In this document: one piece after another, positions 10,289 through 20,475 of the stretch
Numbering within the stretch: position 1 is the stretch's first letter
How the letters are laid out: each line of letters opens with the position of its first letter
NCBI GenBank assembly: GCA_041946735.1
Contig: JBHGAY010000008.1
Coordinates: 64,001-128,000 of the forward strand
Reading direction: 5' to 3'
From: Candidatus Eiseniibacteriota bacterium
Lineage (GTDB): Bacteria; Eisenbacteria; RBG-16-71-46; CAIMUX01; VGJL01
Length of the DNA stretch: 64,000 bases
The notes under the pieces: generated by a model
Databases searched by the model: none
Told to the model about the DNA's origin: nothing
The model's input: the letters and a program-made list of their open reading frames with translations, nothing else
Made by a program: the position numbers and the translations under genes

Positions 10289-11674
10289 TCACGTCCGCGG
10301 CGCGATGTTCTGGTTCATCCGGAACAGGTTCGTCGGATCGTACTTCGCCTTGATCTTCGCGAGCCGCTCGAGCGTCGCCGGCGGATACGCCTGCTTCACG
10401 CTCTCCTCGCCGGTGTCGCTCGGAAGGTTCACGTAGACGCCGGCGCTGAACGGCGCCGTCGCTTCGTGCAGTCCGCGCACCCACGCGAGGCACTCCGCAT
10501 CCTGAGCCGGGTCGCGCCACCGGGTGTGGATGTTCATCAGATAGGGAACGTCCCGATGCGCGTACGCGGTCGCTTCCACCGGCACTCGGGAAGGCGCTCC
10601 ACCCATTTGTGCGATGAGGATCTCGCACTCGTCCGAGGGGAGACTCTTGGCGCCTTCGAGAATCGCATCGACGAAGCCGTCCGGAGTCCCGGTCAGATGG
10701 TGCGACTTCCAGTAGTTGCGGGCGCCGTGCTCGGCCAGCGGATCGAGGCCCGACTGCCAGGCTGTCCACGGCTGTGTGCCGATCGCCTCGCCGAGCGACG
10801 GAGTCGCGTTGCGAAGCGGATCGATCGCGTCCTTCCCTTCGGCGGGATCGCCGGCCCAGGCGAAGGCGACGACGACGATGAGCTTCCCGTGCGCCTCGGA
10901 GGGCAGGAACGGCAGGGGCGGCGCCTTGCGAACGACGTTCCAGACGGTCAGATCGTCCGGCGCGCTCGCGAGGAAGTCGCGCTGGAAAGCGAAGTACGGC
11001 TTCGCGTCCTCGAACCGCTTCACGATCAGGCCGGCGAACACGTCAGGCCCGTGAGGATCGCACCGGAAGTCGAAGCGCGTCACGACGCCGAAGTTTCCTC
11101 CCCCTCCACGGATCGCCCAGAAGAGATCGGCGTTCTCGCCCTCACTCGCCGTCCGGACTTCGCCGTCCGCCGTTACGACCTCCGCGGAGAGAAGATGATC
11201 GATCGTCAGGCCGTACTTGCGGCTGATCCACCCGAAGCCGCCGCCGAGTGTGAGGCCTCCGATGCCGGTATGGGAGATCACGCCCGCGGGCACGGCGAGG
11301 CGGTGCGACGACGTCGCGGCATCGAGATCGCGGAGGAGCGCTCCGCCGCCGGTCGACGCCCTCCGCTGCTCCGCATCGACCCGCACGGACCTCATCGGAG
11401 AGAGGTCGAGCGTGAGGCCGCCGTCGCAGACGGAGAGGCAGGCAGCGCTGTGGCCGCCGGCCTTGACGGCAAGGAGAACGCCGCGGTCTCGCGCGAAGTC
11501 GATTCCGGCGGCGACGTCGCTCGCATTGGTGCACTGCAGGATGGCCGCCGGCCGGCGCTCGATCATCCCGTTCCACATCGCGCGCGCCTCGTCGTACCCC
11601 GCTTCGCCGGGGAGCAGGAGTCGCGCTCCATCCCTTTCTCGCAGAGCCGTGAAGTCCAGATTGGAAACCGCCAT
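10289..11674 (-). CDS. FAD-binding oxidoreductase (FAD_binding_4 plus berberine-like domain)
   Basis: KAGGHS flavinylation His, GIGGLTLGGG, DLFWAIRGGGGNFGVVT, KAKYDPTNLF. Confidence 0.9.
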   Translation of the reverse strand: MAVSNLDFTALRERDGARLLLPGEAGYDEARAMWNGMIERRPAAILQCTNASDVAAGIDFARDRGVLLAVKAGGHSAACLSVCDGGLTLDLSPMRSVRVDAEQRRASTGGGALLRDLDAATSSHRLAVPAGVISHTGIGGLTLGGGFGWISRKYGLTIDHLLSAEVVTADGEVRTASEGENADLFWAIRGGGGNFGVVTRFDFRCDPHGPDVFAGLIVKRFEDAKPYFAFQRDFLASAPDDLTVWNVVRKAPPLPFLPSEAHGKLIVVVAFAWAGDPAEGKDAIDPLRNATPSLGEAIGTQPWTAWQSGLDPLAEHGARNYWKSHHLTGTPDGFVDAILEGAKSLPSDECEILIAQMGGAPSRVPVEATAYAHRDVPYLMNIHTRWRDPAQDAECLAWVRGLHEATAPFSAGVYVNLPSDTGEESVKQAYPPATLERLAKIKAKYDPTNLFRMNQNIAPRT

Positions 11675-12050
11675 GGTGAAATCCTCCCCGGTTGCGCGGC
11701 GCTCACGCGGCGTCGCGCATGGTGAGAACGGATACGGTGGCCGGCTTGGATCGCCGGTGGCTAGTCATGGGAACGGGAGAGGATAGCAGACGGCTTGGGG
11801 TTCCACCCTGGGAAAGCGCCATCGCGACCCCCGAACGGCCGCGCGGCCTCCGGACCGAGCCGGTTGCCCGTTGCCGCTCGATCCTGTCGAACCGGCGAAG
11901 GCGAGCAGGCTCCTCGCCCGCGTCGCGACGTGCCGCTTTCGCCACTCGCAACGCGACGTATACTGCCCGCGGTCGAGAGGCAGCTCCAGCGGCGGGGATC
12001 GGAGTGGCCCCGAGCGCCGAACCGGCGGATGCGGGAGGGAGGGAGGGACG

Positions 12051-12887
12051 ATGAGGATCGTGAGCCTTCACGACCGCGGCAGGATCGAGAGGTTCCTGCG
12101 TCGCGATCCTGGTCTCCATCTCTACGCGCTCGGGGATCTCGATGACTTCTTCTGGCCCTCGACCGTCTGGCTGGGAATCGAGGACGACGATACGACCGCG
12201 CAACGCGGAGCGCCCGAGCTTCGGGAGGTTGCACTGCTCTACGTCGCTCCGCGGCCGCCCGTCCTGCTGCTGTTCAGCGAGGAGCCGGGTGCGCTTGCCG
12301 CCCGCGCCCTGCTGCGCGGGATCCTTTCCGTCCTGCCGCGCGAGGTCTACGCGCACCTCTCTCCAGGGCTCGCGGCGATCGTGACCGACGCCTTTCATCC
12401 GGATCCGCACGGAGAGCACGTGCGAATGGTCTGGAGGGATCGCGCGGCGGCTGGGCGAGTCGATGTCTCCGGCGCCGTGCGACTCGGTCCCGCCGATGCG
12501 CCGGCGCTCGATCGTCTCTATCGCGAAAGCTATCCTGGAAACTGGTTCGATCCGCGCATGCTCGAAACGGGCCACACGTGGGGCGTGCGGTCAGGCGGGA
12601 GGATCGTCAGCGTCGCGGGGCTTCACGTCTACTCGGCCGCGCATCGGGTCGCGGCGATCGGCAACGTCGCCACGCATCCCGACTTCAGGCGGCGCGGTCT
12701 CGGCACCGCCGTCTGCGCGCGGCTGTGTCTCGATCTCGCCGGCGAGTGCGAGACGATCGGGCTGAATGTGAAGGCGGACAATGCAACCGCGGTCCGGAGC
12801 TACGAGAGGATCGGATTCGTGGCGGCCACTCGCTATGAGGAGTACTCCCTCACTGCGATCACAAACACAGCGCCGGCGCCCGAGTGA
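12051..12887 (+). CDS. GNAT family acetyltransferase (FR47-like C-terminal domain)
   Basis: GGAGG RBS; NVATHPDFRRRGLG motif A; N..A...YERIGF. Confidence 0.85.
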   Translation: MRIVSLHDRGRIERFLRRDPGLHLYALGDLDDFFWPSTVWLGIEDDDTTAQRGAPELREVALLYVAPRPPVLLLFSEEPGALAARALLRGILSVLPREVYAHLSPGLAAIVTDAFHPDPHGEHVRMVWRDRAAAGRVDVSGAVRLGPADAPALDRLYRESYPGNWFDPRMLETGHTWGVRSGGRIVSVAGLHVYSAAHRVAAIGNVATHPDFRRRGLGTAVCARLCLDLAGECETIGLNVKADNATAVRSYERIGFVAATRYEEYSLTAITNTAPAPE

Positions 12888-12962
12888 TCGAGGGCATCGA
12901 TCCGATCGAGCGCCGGCGGGACGGGCTGGCGGGCGGGCGGGACGTTGCGCGAAGGCGCCTGG

Positions 12963-13559
12963 TCAGGGCGCCGGGGCGTAGTACGGGTTGCGCCCTGCGG
13001 CGTGGTCGGTCGTGTCGAGGATCGCGCCCACCTCGGGGACCGCTTCACGGATCGCCCGCTCGATCCCGAGCTTGAGCGTCATCTTGGCCGCGCCGCACCC
13101 CTGGCAGCCGCCGCCGAGCCGCAGGAAGACCTCGTTCCCCTTCACGTCGATCAGCTCGCACATTCCGCCATGGGACGCGATGGCCGGGTTGATCTCGTTG
13201 GCGAGGAGAGTCTCGACCTTCCAGCGGATCACTTCCTCCGACGGGAGGTTCCTGGCGATCTCATCGGAGATCGCAGGCCGGCCCGAGGTGAGGACGTTGC
13301 GGATGGCGCCGCCGATCTGCTTGGCGATCGGGCGCCAATCCTCCACACCCATGGTCGTGACGGTCACGATGTTGTCTTGCACCAGGACCGACCGGACGCC
13401 TTCGATCGCGAAGAGCTCCTCGATCAGCGGGGATCCCGGCGCCTTCTCCGGCGAGCCGAAATAGAACGACCGGCCGGGATAGACCGGCTGGCTCACGGCG
13501 AAGCGGCACGACTCGAAGTCCAGGGGCTCGGCGGTGATCTTGATATCCTGCGGATCCAT
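12963..13559 (-). CDS. Nfu/NifU-like Fe-S cluster carrier (Nfu N-terminal scaffold plus NifU C domain)
   Basis: SPLIEELFAIEGV; INPAIASHGG; LGGGCQGC CxxC; DTTDHAAGRNPYY as in NfuA. Confidence 0.87.
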   Translation of the reverse strand: MDPQDIKITAEPLDFESCRFAVSQPVYPGRSFYFGSPEKAPGSPLIEELFAIEGVRSVLVQDNIVTVTTMGVEDWRPIAKQIGGAIRNVLTSGRPAISDEIARNLPSEEVIRWKVETLLANEINPAIASHGGMCELIDVKGNEVFLRLGGGCQGCGAAKMTLKLGIERAIREAVPEVGAILDTTDHAAGRNPYYAPAP

Positions 13560-13732
13560 CCTCTTCCTTCCCGCGCGGGGCTTCCGCGCCCTTGTTCGCG
13601 GCGACCGCCGCTTCCGTTGCAGTATAGGGGGGAGGCGGCGACCCCCCAACCACCGAAAACAAGGCCGGCTCGGGGGTGGTTCCGGGCGCGAGGGCGGCGC
13701 GACAGGATGCGCGACAGGGACGCGATCTGTGA

Positions 13733-13786
13733 CCGCGAAACGCTTTGCGCCGCGAAACGCTCGGCGACCGCAAAACGCTCCGCGAA
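13733..13786. repeat. Three copies of CCGC(G/A)AAACGCT at 17-18 bp spacing
   Basis: Copies at 13733, 13750, 13768 in the divergent nfu/gluconokinase intergenic region. Confidence 0.7.
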
Positions 13787-13830
13787 TCGGTAGCCGCCGG
13801 GCATCCGACGCGTTCCGCTAGACTTTGCTC

Positions 13831-14385
13831 ATGGCTTCTCCTCCTGCCGATCAAGGCGCGGCTGCTCCGCGACTCTCGACCACGCCTCCGCTCGTCCTCG
13901 TGCTGATGGGCGTCTCGGGTGTCGGAAAGACAACGCTAGGGTTGGAGTTGGCTGCGACCCTTGGTTGGGATTTCGTCGAGGGGGACGCCTTCCACTCCGC
14001 CGCCAACGTGGAGAAGATGAGCCGCGGCATCCCGCTCGACGATGACGATCGCCGCCCCTGGCTCGATGCGCTCGCGCGAGTGATCGCCGATCGCATCCGG
14101 AAGGGCAAGCGGTCGATCGTCGCCTGCTCCGCGCTGAAGAGGAAATACCGGGAGCGACTGAGGGACGGTTCGGATCGAGTCGGCTTCGTCCATCTCGAGG
14201 CGGATTACGAGTCGATCGCCCGCCGCCTGCGATCGCGCTACGGCCACTTCGCCAAGGTGGACCTGCTGGCGAGCCAATTCGAGACGCTCGAGGCCCCGGA
14301 GCCGGACGAGGGGGTCCTCGTGATCGACGCGATGGCCGATCCGCGTGAATCGATCCGGAGAATCCGCGAAGCCTTCGGGGTCTGA
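13831..14385 (+). CDS. Gluconokinase (GntK/IdnK type)
   Basis: MGVSGVGKT Walker A, EGDAFH, PLDDDDRRPW, CSALKRKYR, SQFETLE. Confidence 0.9.
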   Translation: MASPPADQGAAAPRLSTTPPLVLVLMGVSGVGKTTLGLELAATLGWDFVEGDAFHSAANVEKMSRGIPLDDDDRRPWLDALARVIADRIRKGKRSIVACSALKRKYRERLRDGSDRVGFVHLEADYESIARRLRSRYGHFAKVDLLASQFETLEAPEPDEGVLVIDAMADPRESIRRIREAFGV

Positions 14386-14504
14386 GCCGCACGAAGCCGC
14401 ATCGGAGCGACGTCTGAGCCGCGGCTGGACCCGCCCACCCTCTCCCGGTATACTTTCCCACGGCATTCCGACAGCCCTTTCTCATTCCAGCAGAGGAGAA
14501 CAAG

Positions 14505-16292
14505 ATGACCTCGTTCCGTGCCGCTCTCTGCTCCGTGGCCGGCGTCGCTCTGGCCGCGAGCCTCCCGCTCATCGCATCCGGCTCCTCCTCCCCGCGCATC
14601 GAGCTCGGAAGGTCCGTCTCCGACCCGGCGCCGGCGAGGGGCCCGTCCTCCGTATGGACGCCCGCCGGCCCGGCAGCCGGCGCTGCGGGCGATCGATCGT
14701 GGCCGGTCGGCCTCGTCAATCCGATCGGATCCCCCGTCTTCTGCGACGTCGATGGCGATGGCCTCGACGAGGTCGCCGTCGGGGGCGAGACGCGCGCGCT
14801 GCTGCTCGACACCCAAGGCAACCCGAAGCCCGGGTGGCCACAACCGATGGGCGAGACGAACCACGCTCCGGCGATCGGGGACATCGACGGCGACGCGACG
14901 ATGGAGATCGTCTTCACCGTCTGCGGCATCCCGCCGCAGATCTGGGCCTTCGAGGTCGACGGGAGCTTGCAGCCCGGCTTCCCGATCGACCTTCCGTTCC
15001 ACAACTGGCTGAACGTCAGCGGTCCGGCGCTCGCCGATCTGGACGGCGACGGCGACCTCGACGTCGGGGCGGCCGCCGAACTGGGTATCTACTTCTTTGA
15101 TGGCTCGGGACGTCCTCTGGAAGGCTGGCCGTACCTCTGGATCGCGCCGCAGCAGAACATCCAGTGGTCCTGTCCGTCGATCGCCGACATTGACGGCGAC
15201 GGGCTTCTCGAGATCGCGTGCGCCAACAACAGCCTCTATTACGAGTCGGTGCACGTCGTCGACTGCTTCGCCCAACCCGAGCCCGGCTGGCCGACCTACG
15301 ACATCGAGCCGGTTTTCGCGTCGACTGCGCTCGCCGACCTCGATGGCGACGGGGACTACGAGGTGATCGCGAAGGACGGGGAGAACACCTGGATCGGCCA
15401 CCGGCTCTACGTCTGGCATCATGACGGCACGCCGATGGCCGGTTTCCCGATGTCGATCTGCGAGGACTGGGTTTCCTCGCGCTCGAACCCCTCGGTCGGA
15501 GACGTGCAGGGGGACGGCGTCCTGGAGATCGTGACCGCGACGTGCGATGGAAACGTGCACGTCATCCGCCCCGACGCTCACGAGCTTCCCGGATGGCCCA
15601 AAGCGCTCACGCCAAACGGCTCGATCTCGACTCCCGCTTTGGCCGACGTCGATGCCGACGGGCAGCAGGAGATCTTCCTCTGCTACTGGCAGGACTACTC
15701 CCAGTATGTCGGCGGCTGGAATCTCGACGGGACGGTGGTGCCTGGCTTCCCGAAGTTGCTGCTGGCGGGGACCGAATGGGACGCGCACGGCTCGCCTCAC
15801 GTCGCCGACTTCGATCATGACGGCCGCTTCGAGGTCGCTGCGTGCGGGACGAACTGGACGAGCGGGAATGTCTGCGTCTTTCCGATCGAGGGGTCCGTCT
15901 ACACGCCCGGCGTCACGGTCTGCGAGTGGCCGAAGATCCGGCGGGACCTCGCCGCGACCGGGACCTATCCGGCCCTCGATCCCGCGGGGATCGGCGATCC
16001 GGCCGTCTTCGCAGCCGGTTCCTTCGCTGTCTGGCCGAACCCCGCAGGCCCTTCGGTCGTCGAGTTGCGGTACGCCGCGCGCGGACTTGCTTCTCCCGCG
16101 GCCGGCCTCCTCCGCGCGTTCGATCCTCTTGGCCGGGCCGTCGGCGCCGTCCAGGTGGGAGCGGCCGGAACGATCGCAATCCGTGACCTGTTCGGCGGCG
16201 ACGGCAGCCCGGCGAGCGGAATCTACTGGCTGCGCTGGGAGCCGAGGAGTGGCGCCCCGCGGTCGACGCGCTGGATCCGGCTTGCTGATTGA
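14505..16292 (+). CDS. Secreted FG-GAP/VCBS-repeat beta-propeller protein with C-terminal sorting-like domain
   Basis: GAGGAG RBS; repeated D(L/I/V)DGDG and PGWP motifs; WPNP...ASGIYWLRW tail. Confidence 0.85.
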   Translation: MTSFRAALCSVAGVALAASLPLIASGSSSPRIELGRSVSDPAPARGPSSVWTPAGPAAGAAGDRSWPVGLVNPIGSPVFCDVDGDGLDEVAVGGETRALLLDTQGNPKPGWPQPMGETNHAPAIGDIDGDATMEIVFTVCGIPPQIWAFEVDGSLQPGFPIDLPFHNWLNVSGPALADLDGDGDLDVGAAAELGIYFFDGSGRPLEGWPYLWIAPQQNIQWSCPSIADIDGDGLLEIACANNSLYYESVHVVDCFAQPEPGWPTYDIEPVFASTALADLDGDGDYEVIAKDGENTWIGHRLYVWHHDGTPMAGFPMSICEDWVSSRSNPSVGDVQGDGVLEIVTATCDGNVHVIRPDAHELPGWPKALTPNGSISTPALADVDADGQQEIFLCYWQDYSQYVGGWNLDGTVVPGFPKLLLAGTEWDAHGSPHVADFDHDGRFEVAACGTNWTSGNVCVFPIEGSVYTPGVTVCEWPKIRRDLAATGTYPALDPAGIGDPAVFAAGSFAVWPNPAGPSVVELRYAARGLASPAAGLLRAFDPLGRAVGAVQVGAAGTIAIRDLFGGDGSPASGIYWLRWEPRSGAPRSTRWIRLAD

Positions 16293-16449
16293 TCTTGAGC
16301 CTTGACCGATCGGTCGTAGAATCCACTCTCGTTGCCGCGCTTCGCGCCCCGAGGTCCGGCGGGATCCGGTCCCCGGGGCGCGAAGCGCTTTCGTGGAAGT
16401 CTTGCGGAGCGGCGCCCGCGGCGGGCGGATTGCGAGGAGGTCTGTGGCG

Positions 16450-17316
16450 ATGGGCAGGACGGCCGGGCGGCAGGCGCGCCCGAACGCGAAGGGTCGAGCG
16501 GCGGCGGTGACGGACCGGCACATGCTCTACGAGGCCGCCGTGCAATCGGTCGACTACGAACTGGACTTCTTCCAACGCGTGTTCCGCACCCGCCGCGGGA
16601 GGACGTTCCATCGCCTTCGCGAGGACTTCTGCGGCACCGGCCTGCTCGCTTGTCATTGGGTGGCGCGCAGTCCGAGCCATCAGGCGTGGGGCGTGGACAT
16701 CCATCGCCCGACGCTGGAATGGGGCGAGCGAGAGCACGCTTCCCGTCTCGGCTCCGCGCGCCCGCGCTTGACGCTGTTGTGCGAAGACGTCCGCACGGTG
16801 CGCGCTCCCCAGACCGACGTGGTCGTGGCGCTCAACTACTCGTACTCGGTCTTCAAGGACCGCTCCGTCCTCCGCGACTACTTCCGCAAGGTTTGCGCCT
16901 CTCTGGCGCCAGACGGTCTATTCTTCCTGGACGCCTTCGGAGGTACGGAGGCGACGAACCAAGGCTCGGAGGACAGGAAGGTGAAGCCGTCCGTCCGCCC
17001 GGACGGGACCAAGGTTCCGGGCTTCACCTACGTCTGGGAGCAGGCGAGCTTCAACCCGATCGACCATCACATCCGCTGCTACATCCACTTTCGCTTCCCG
17101 GACGGGAGGAAGATGGAGCGCGCGTTCCGCTACGACTGGCGCTTCTGGACGCTTCCGGAGCTGCAGGAGATCCTGCTCGAGGCCGGGTTCCGCTCCGCCG
17201 AGGTCTACCTGGAGGGATGGGACGACGAGGCCGACGAGGCGGACGGCATCTATCGCAGGCGGAAGCGCTTCGAAGAGATGGCGGGATGGGTCGCCTACGT
17301 GGTCGGGCTGCGATGA
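16450..17316 (+). CDS. Class I SAM-dependent methyltransferase
   Basis: GAGGAGG RBS; LREDFCGTG, GVDI, ALNYS motifs. Confidence 0.8.
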   Translation: MGRTAGRQARPNAKGRAAAVTDRHMLYEAAVQSVDYELDFFQRVFRTRRGRTFHRLREDFCGTGLLACHWVARSPSHQAWGVDIHRPTLEWGEREHASRLGSARPRLTLLCEDVRTVRAPQTDVVVALNYSYSVFKDRSVLRDYFRKVCASLAPDGLFFLDAFGGTEATNQGSEDRKVKPSVRPDGTKVPGFTYVWEQASFNPIDHHIRCYIHFRFPDGRKMERAFRYDWRFWTLPELQEILLEAGFRSAEVYLEGWDDEADEADGIYRRRKRFEEMAGWVAYVVGLR

Positions 17317-17545
17317 GGTAGCCGCAGCCGCCCCGCCGTCCGCCGCGCCCGCCGCGCCCGCCGCGCCGGTTATACATTGCGTCCCATCGCGTCTCTGAAG
17401 AGACATTGCCGCACATGTTCGAACTGTCATCCTCCCGAGTTTTCGTCTTGAACGTCCAACATCCCGGTCGGTTACGATGAGGATGTGAACCGCGCGAAGA
17501 GCGAAAGCGCATGTGAACGCGACCGTAACGGAGGTGACGACGAAT

Positions 17546-18439
17546 ATGACGAACAGACGCAGCGAGGCCCCGCTCGCGCTCGTGACGGGCATTTCGGGGG
17601 TGCAAGGAGCCGCTGCCGCGCGATGGCTGCTGGCCGAGGGTTTCCGGGTGCGCGGATGGACGGCCTTACCGGACTCCGACGTGACGCGATCGCTCCACGC
17701 TCTCGGTTGCGACATCCTCACCGGTCCTCTGGATACGCCGGAGCGCGCGGGCGCGGCGATGGCCGGAGCGCGGGCGGTCGTGAGCTGGCAGGAGTACGAC
17801 GTGCTTGGGGTCGACAGGGAAGTCGATCAAGGCCGATCCCTCGCGGCCGCGGCGGCGGGCGCAGGCGTCGAAATGCTCGTCTACATCTCGACTGCGAACG
17901 CGCGTCTCCGCACCGGCCTGCTCCGCTTCGACGTGAAGGAGAGGATCGAAGAGCAGGTGCGCGCATCCGGCGTCCCTTACTCGATCCTTCGTCCCGCCTT
18001 TCCAATGCAGGAGCTGGAACGCTACGGAGAGGAGATCGAGCGGCGCGGGGGGCGGCTGGAGCTGCCCGTCGGTCCCGAGGTTCCGCTGGAACTGATCGAT
18101 CTCGATGATGTCGCCGCGATCGCTTCCAGGGCGGCAAGCGATCCGGAATCGTTCGCCGGGCGCGAGATCGATCTCGCGAGCGAGGAACGGACGATGATCG
18201 AGATCGCGGAAGCCTTCGGCCGGGCGCTCGGCCGCGCGGTCCGCTACGAGGCGATCCCGTGGAGCCTCTTCCGGGAGAGGCGGGGTTCCGAGATGACGGC
18301 GGTCTATCGCTGGCTCAACAACGTCGGGTACGAGGTCGTCCTAAACGAGGTGCGCAGGCAGTTCCCGGGACTGCGGACGCTCGAGGAGTTCCTGCTCGAG
18401 CAGCACCATCGCGAGCGCCTCGGAGCGGGAGCGGCGTAA
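17546..18439 (+). CDS. NmrA/HSCARG family NAD(P)-binding protein
   Basis: GGAGGTG RBS; VTGISGVQG Rossmann motif; KERIEE, ILRPAF, IDLDDVA. Confidence 0.82.
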   Translation: MTNRRSEAPLALVTGISGVQGAAAARWLLAEGFRVRGWTALPDSDVTRSLHALGCDILTGPLDTPERAGAAMAGARAVVSWQEYDVLGVDREVDQGRSLAAAAAGAGVEMLVYISTANARLRTGLLRFDVKERIEEQVRASGVPYSILRPAFPMQELERYGEEIERRGGRLELPVGPEVPLELIDLDDVAAIASRAASDPESFAGREIDLASEERTMIEIAEAFGRALGRAVRYEAIPWSLFRERRGSEMTAVYRWLNNVGYEVVLNEVRRQFPGLRTLEEFLLEQHHRERLGAGAA

Positions 18440-18490
18440 CAAGCGGGCCGCAGGCGGCCGGAGCGATGCGGTCGCCTGCCGTCCGTCCCG

Positions 18491-19255
18491 TCAGGGACCG
18501 TGCCGGGCAGCCAGCGGCCCGCTTGGACCGCTCCCCCCGCCTTGCTGTCCGGACGGCCGGCGCCGCGCGGCAGCCGCCGCGATGATCCTCTTGCGCCTCC
18601 GCTCCCGCAGGAAGCCGGCCGCCCGCACGAGCATCAGGAAGGCGAGGATCGCCAGGAATCTCTCCGGCGTTCGCCGATCCGCCTTCACCCGCCAGAGGAA
18701 GTGGATCACCCCGAGCGCCGCGACGCCGTAGATGAGGCGGTGCAGGCGCTTCCAGCGAACGTACCCCATGCGGCGGACCGCCCGGTTCGTGCTCGTGATC
18801 GCGAGCGGCACCATCAAGAGCAACGCGACGAAACCGACGGCGATGAACTTCCGCTTCGTGATGTCTGCCACGATGTCGTCGAACGCGAAGAACTGATCCA
18901 GAGCGACGTAGACCGCGAAGTGCAGACAGGCGTAGGCGAAGGTGAACAGACCGAACATGCGGCGCAGGCGGAGGGGCCAGGTGATGCCGAGCGCAATCTT
19001 GGCCGGCGTGCAGGCGAGAGTGATCGTCAGCATCGTCAGGGTCCAGAATCCGAGCCGGTTGAGAATCTCGGCGATCGGGTCGGCGCCGAGCCCGCTCCCG
19101 AGGACCGCGTCGTAGCCGATCTTGCCGAGGGGAATCAGGGCGACCACGAACACGACGGGCTTGAGCCAGCGCCGCAACGCTGCGCGCGGGCGGGAGGGAC
19201 GGGCTCGGAGCGGGGCGCTCGCGCTAGAAGTTCTTCCGGAGGTCCATGCCTTCAT
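18491..19255 (-). CDS. msrQ: MsrQ heme-binding membrane subunit (start uncertain: ATG 19255 or TTG 19177)
   Basis: [34 protein letters not shown]; directly downstream of msrP. Confidence 0.88.
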   Translation of the reverse strand: MKAWTSGRTSSASAPLRARPSRPRAALRRWLKPVVFVVALIPLGKIGYDAVLGSGLGADPIAEILNRLGFWTLTMLTITLACTPAKIALGITWPLRLRRMFGLFTFAYACLHFAVYVALDQFFAFDDIVADITKRKFIAVGFVALLLMVPLAITSTNRAVRRMGYVRWKRLHRLIYGVAALGVIHFLWRVKADRRTPERFLAILAFLMLVRAAGFLRERRRKRIIAAAAARRRPSGQQGGGSGPSGPLAARHGP

Positions 19256-20186
19256 AGAGCGAGGCCACCAGATCACCGTATCCATTGAACGGCATTGTGG
19301 GCCGCTTGCGAAGCTCGCCGATCCGCCGCTCCTTCGCCTGACTCCAGCGGGGATGATCGACGTCGGGATTCACGTTCGCGTAGAAGCCGTACTCGTTCGG
19401 CGCCGAGATGTTCCATGTGGTCGATGGCTGCTGCTCGGTGAAACCGATCGAGACGATCGACTTGATCCCCTTGAATCCGTACTTCCAGGGGACGACGAGA
19501 CGGATCGGCGCCCCGTTCTGCTTGGGGAGGGCGCGGCCGTAGAGCCCGACGGCGAGGATCGTGAGCGGATGCAGCGCCTCGTCCATGCGAAGCCCCTCCC
19601 GATAGGGCCACTCGAGGACGGCGCGCTTCTGCCCGGGCATCTCCTCCGGACGCAGCAGCGAGGTGAAGGCGACGAACTTCGCCCGCGGATCGGGCTCGGC
19701 CCAGCGGATCAGATCGCCGAGAGGGAATCCGACCCAGGGGATGACCATCGACCACGCTTCGACGCAGCGCATCCGGTACACGCGTTCCTCGAGCGGGAAG
19801 CGGCCAAGGATCTCCTCGAGCGCGTGGGTCCCGGCCTTGCCCGCCATCCCTTCGATCGACAGGCTCCAGGGCTCCGTCGTGAGGGCGTGAGCGTTTCGCG
19901 AGGGGTCGGCCTTGTCCGTCCCGAACTCGTAGAAGTTGTTGTAGGTCGTCACGTCCTCGTACGGAGTCCGCTTCTCGCTCGTCCCGTACGGACCGGGCTG
20001 GACACCCGGTAGCGGTGTGCCCGGCGGCTCCTTTCCCCCGGCGGCTCCGCTCACGGCGGGAAGGAGGAGCGAGGCAACCGCAGCGGCGCCGGCCGAAGCG
20101 CCGAGCGCGAGGAATTGTCGCCTTCGCAGATAGAGCGAGAAGGGGGTCGCCTCGGAGGCGGGCAAGCTCAGCGGGTGGCGTTTCAT
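19224..20186 (-). CDS. msrP: MsrP methionine sulfoxide reductase molybdopterin catalytic subunit
   Basis: Tat motif [51 protein letters not shown]. Confidence 0.95.
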   Translation of the reverse strand: MKRHPLSLPASEATPFSLYLRRRQFLALGASAGAAAVASLLLPAVSGAAGGKEPPGTPLPGVQPGPYGTSEKRTPYEDVTTYNNFYEFGTDKADPSRNAHALTTEPWSLSIEGMAGKAGTHALEEILGRFPLEERVYRMRCVEAWSMVIPWVGFPLGDLIRWAEPDPRAKFVAFTSLLRPEEMPGQKRAVLEWPYREGLRMDEALHPLTILAVGLYGRALPKQNGAPIRLVVPWKYGFKGIKSIVSIGFTEQQPSTTWNISAPNEYGFYANVNPDVDHPRWSQAKERRIGELRKRPTMPFNGYGDLVASLYEGMDLRKNF

Positions 20187-20475
20187 GACCCGCCAGTATG
20201 CCCCGGCCGTCCAGGGCCCCGCAACTCGTGGTCGGGGGCGGCGCAATCCCGTTTTCAAGCGAGCGCCGGGCCCGAACGGCCGATAGGATATCGAGCGGGG
20301 AGGGGGCCGGCCGGCACGGAGCCGAGCCTTTCGATCGGGTGCGGAACCGGAGTTCGCGCTTGCCGTTGCCGGCCGTACCCGGCATCCTCGTTCCCTGGCT
20401 GGAGCGGGCGGCCATCAGGGCCGGGTCGTCTCTGCCGCAGGTGCCGTAATTCGAAGGACCGGTACGCCGAGAAGC

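Noticed and set aside
17474..17512. GATGAG...CGAAA resembling a hammerhead ribozyme core
   Set aside because: Lacks CUGAUGA and no stem II can form.
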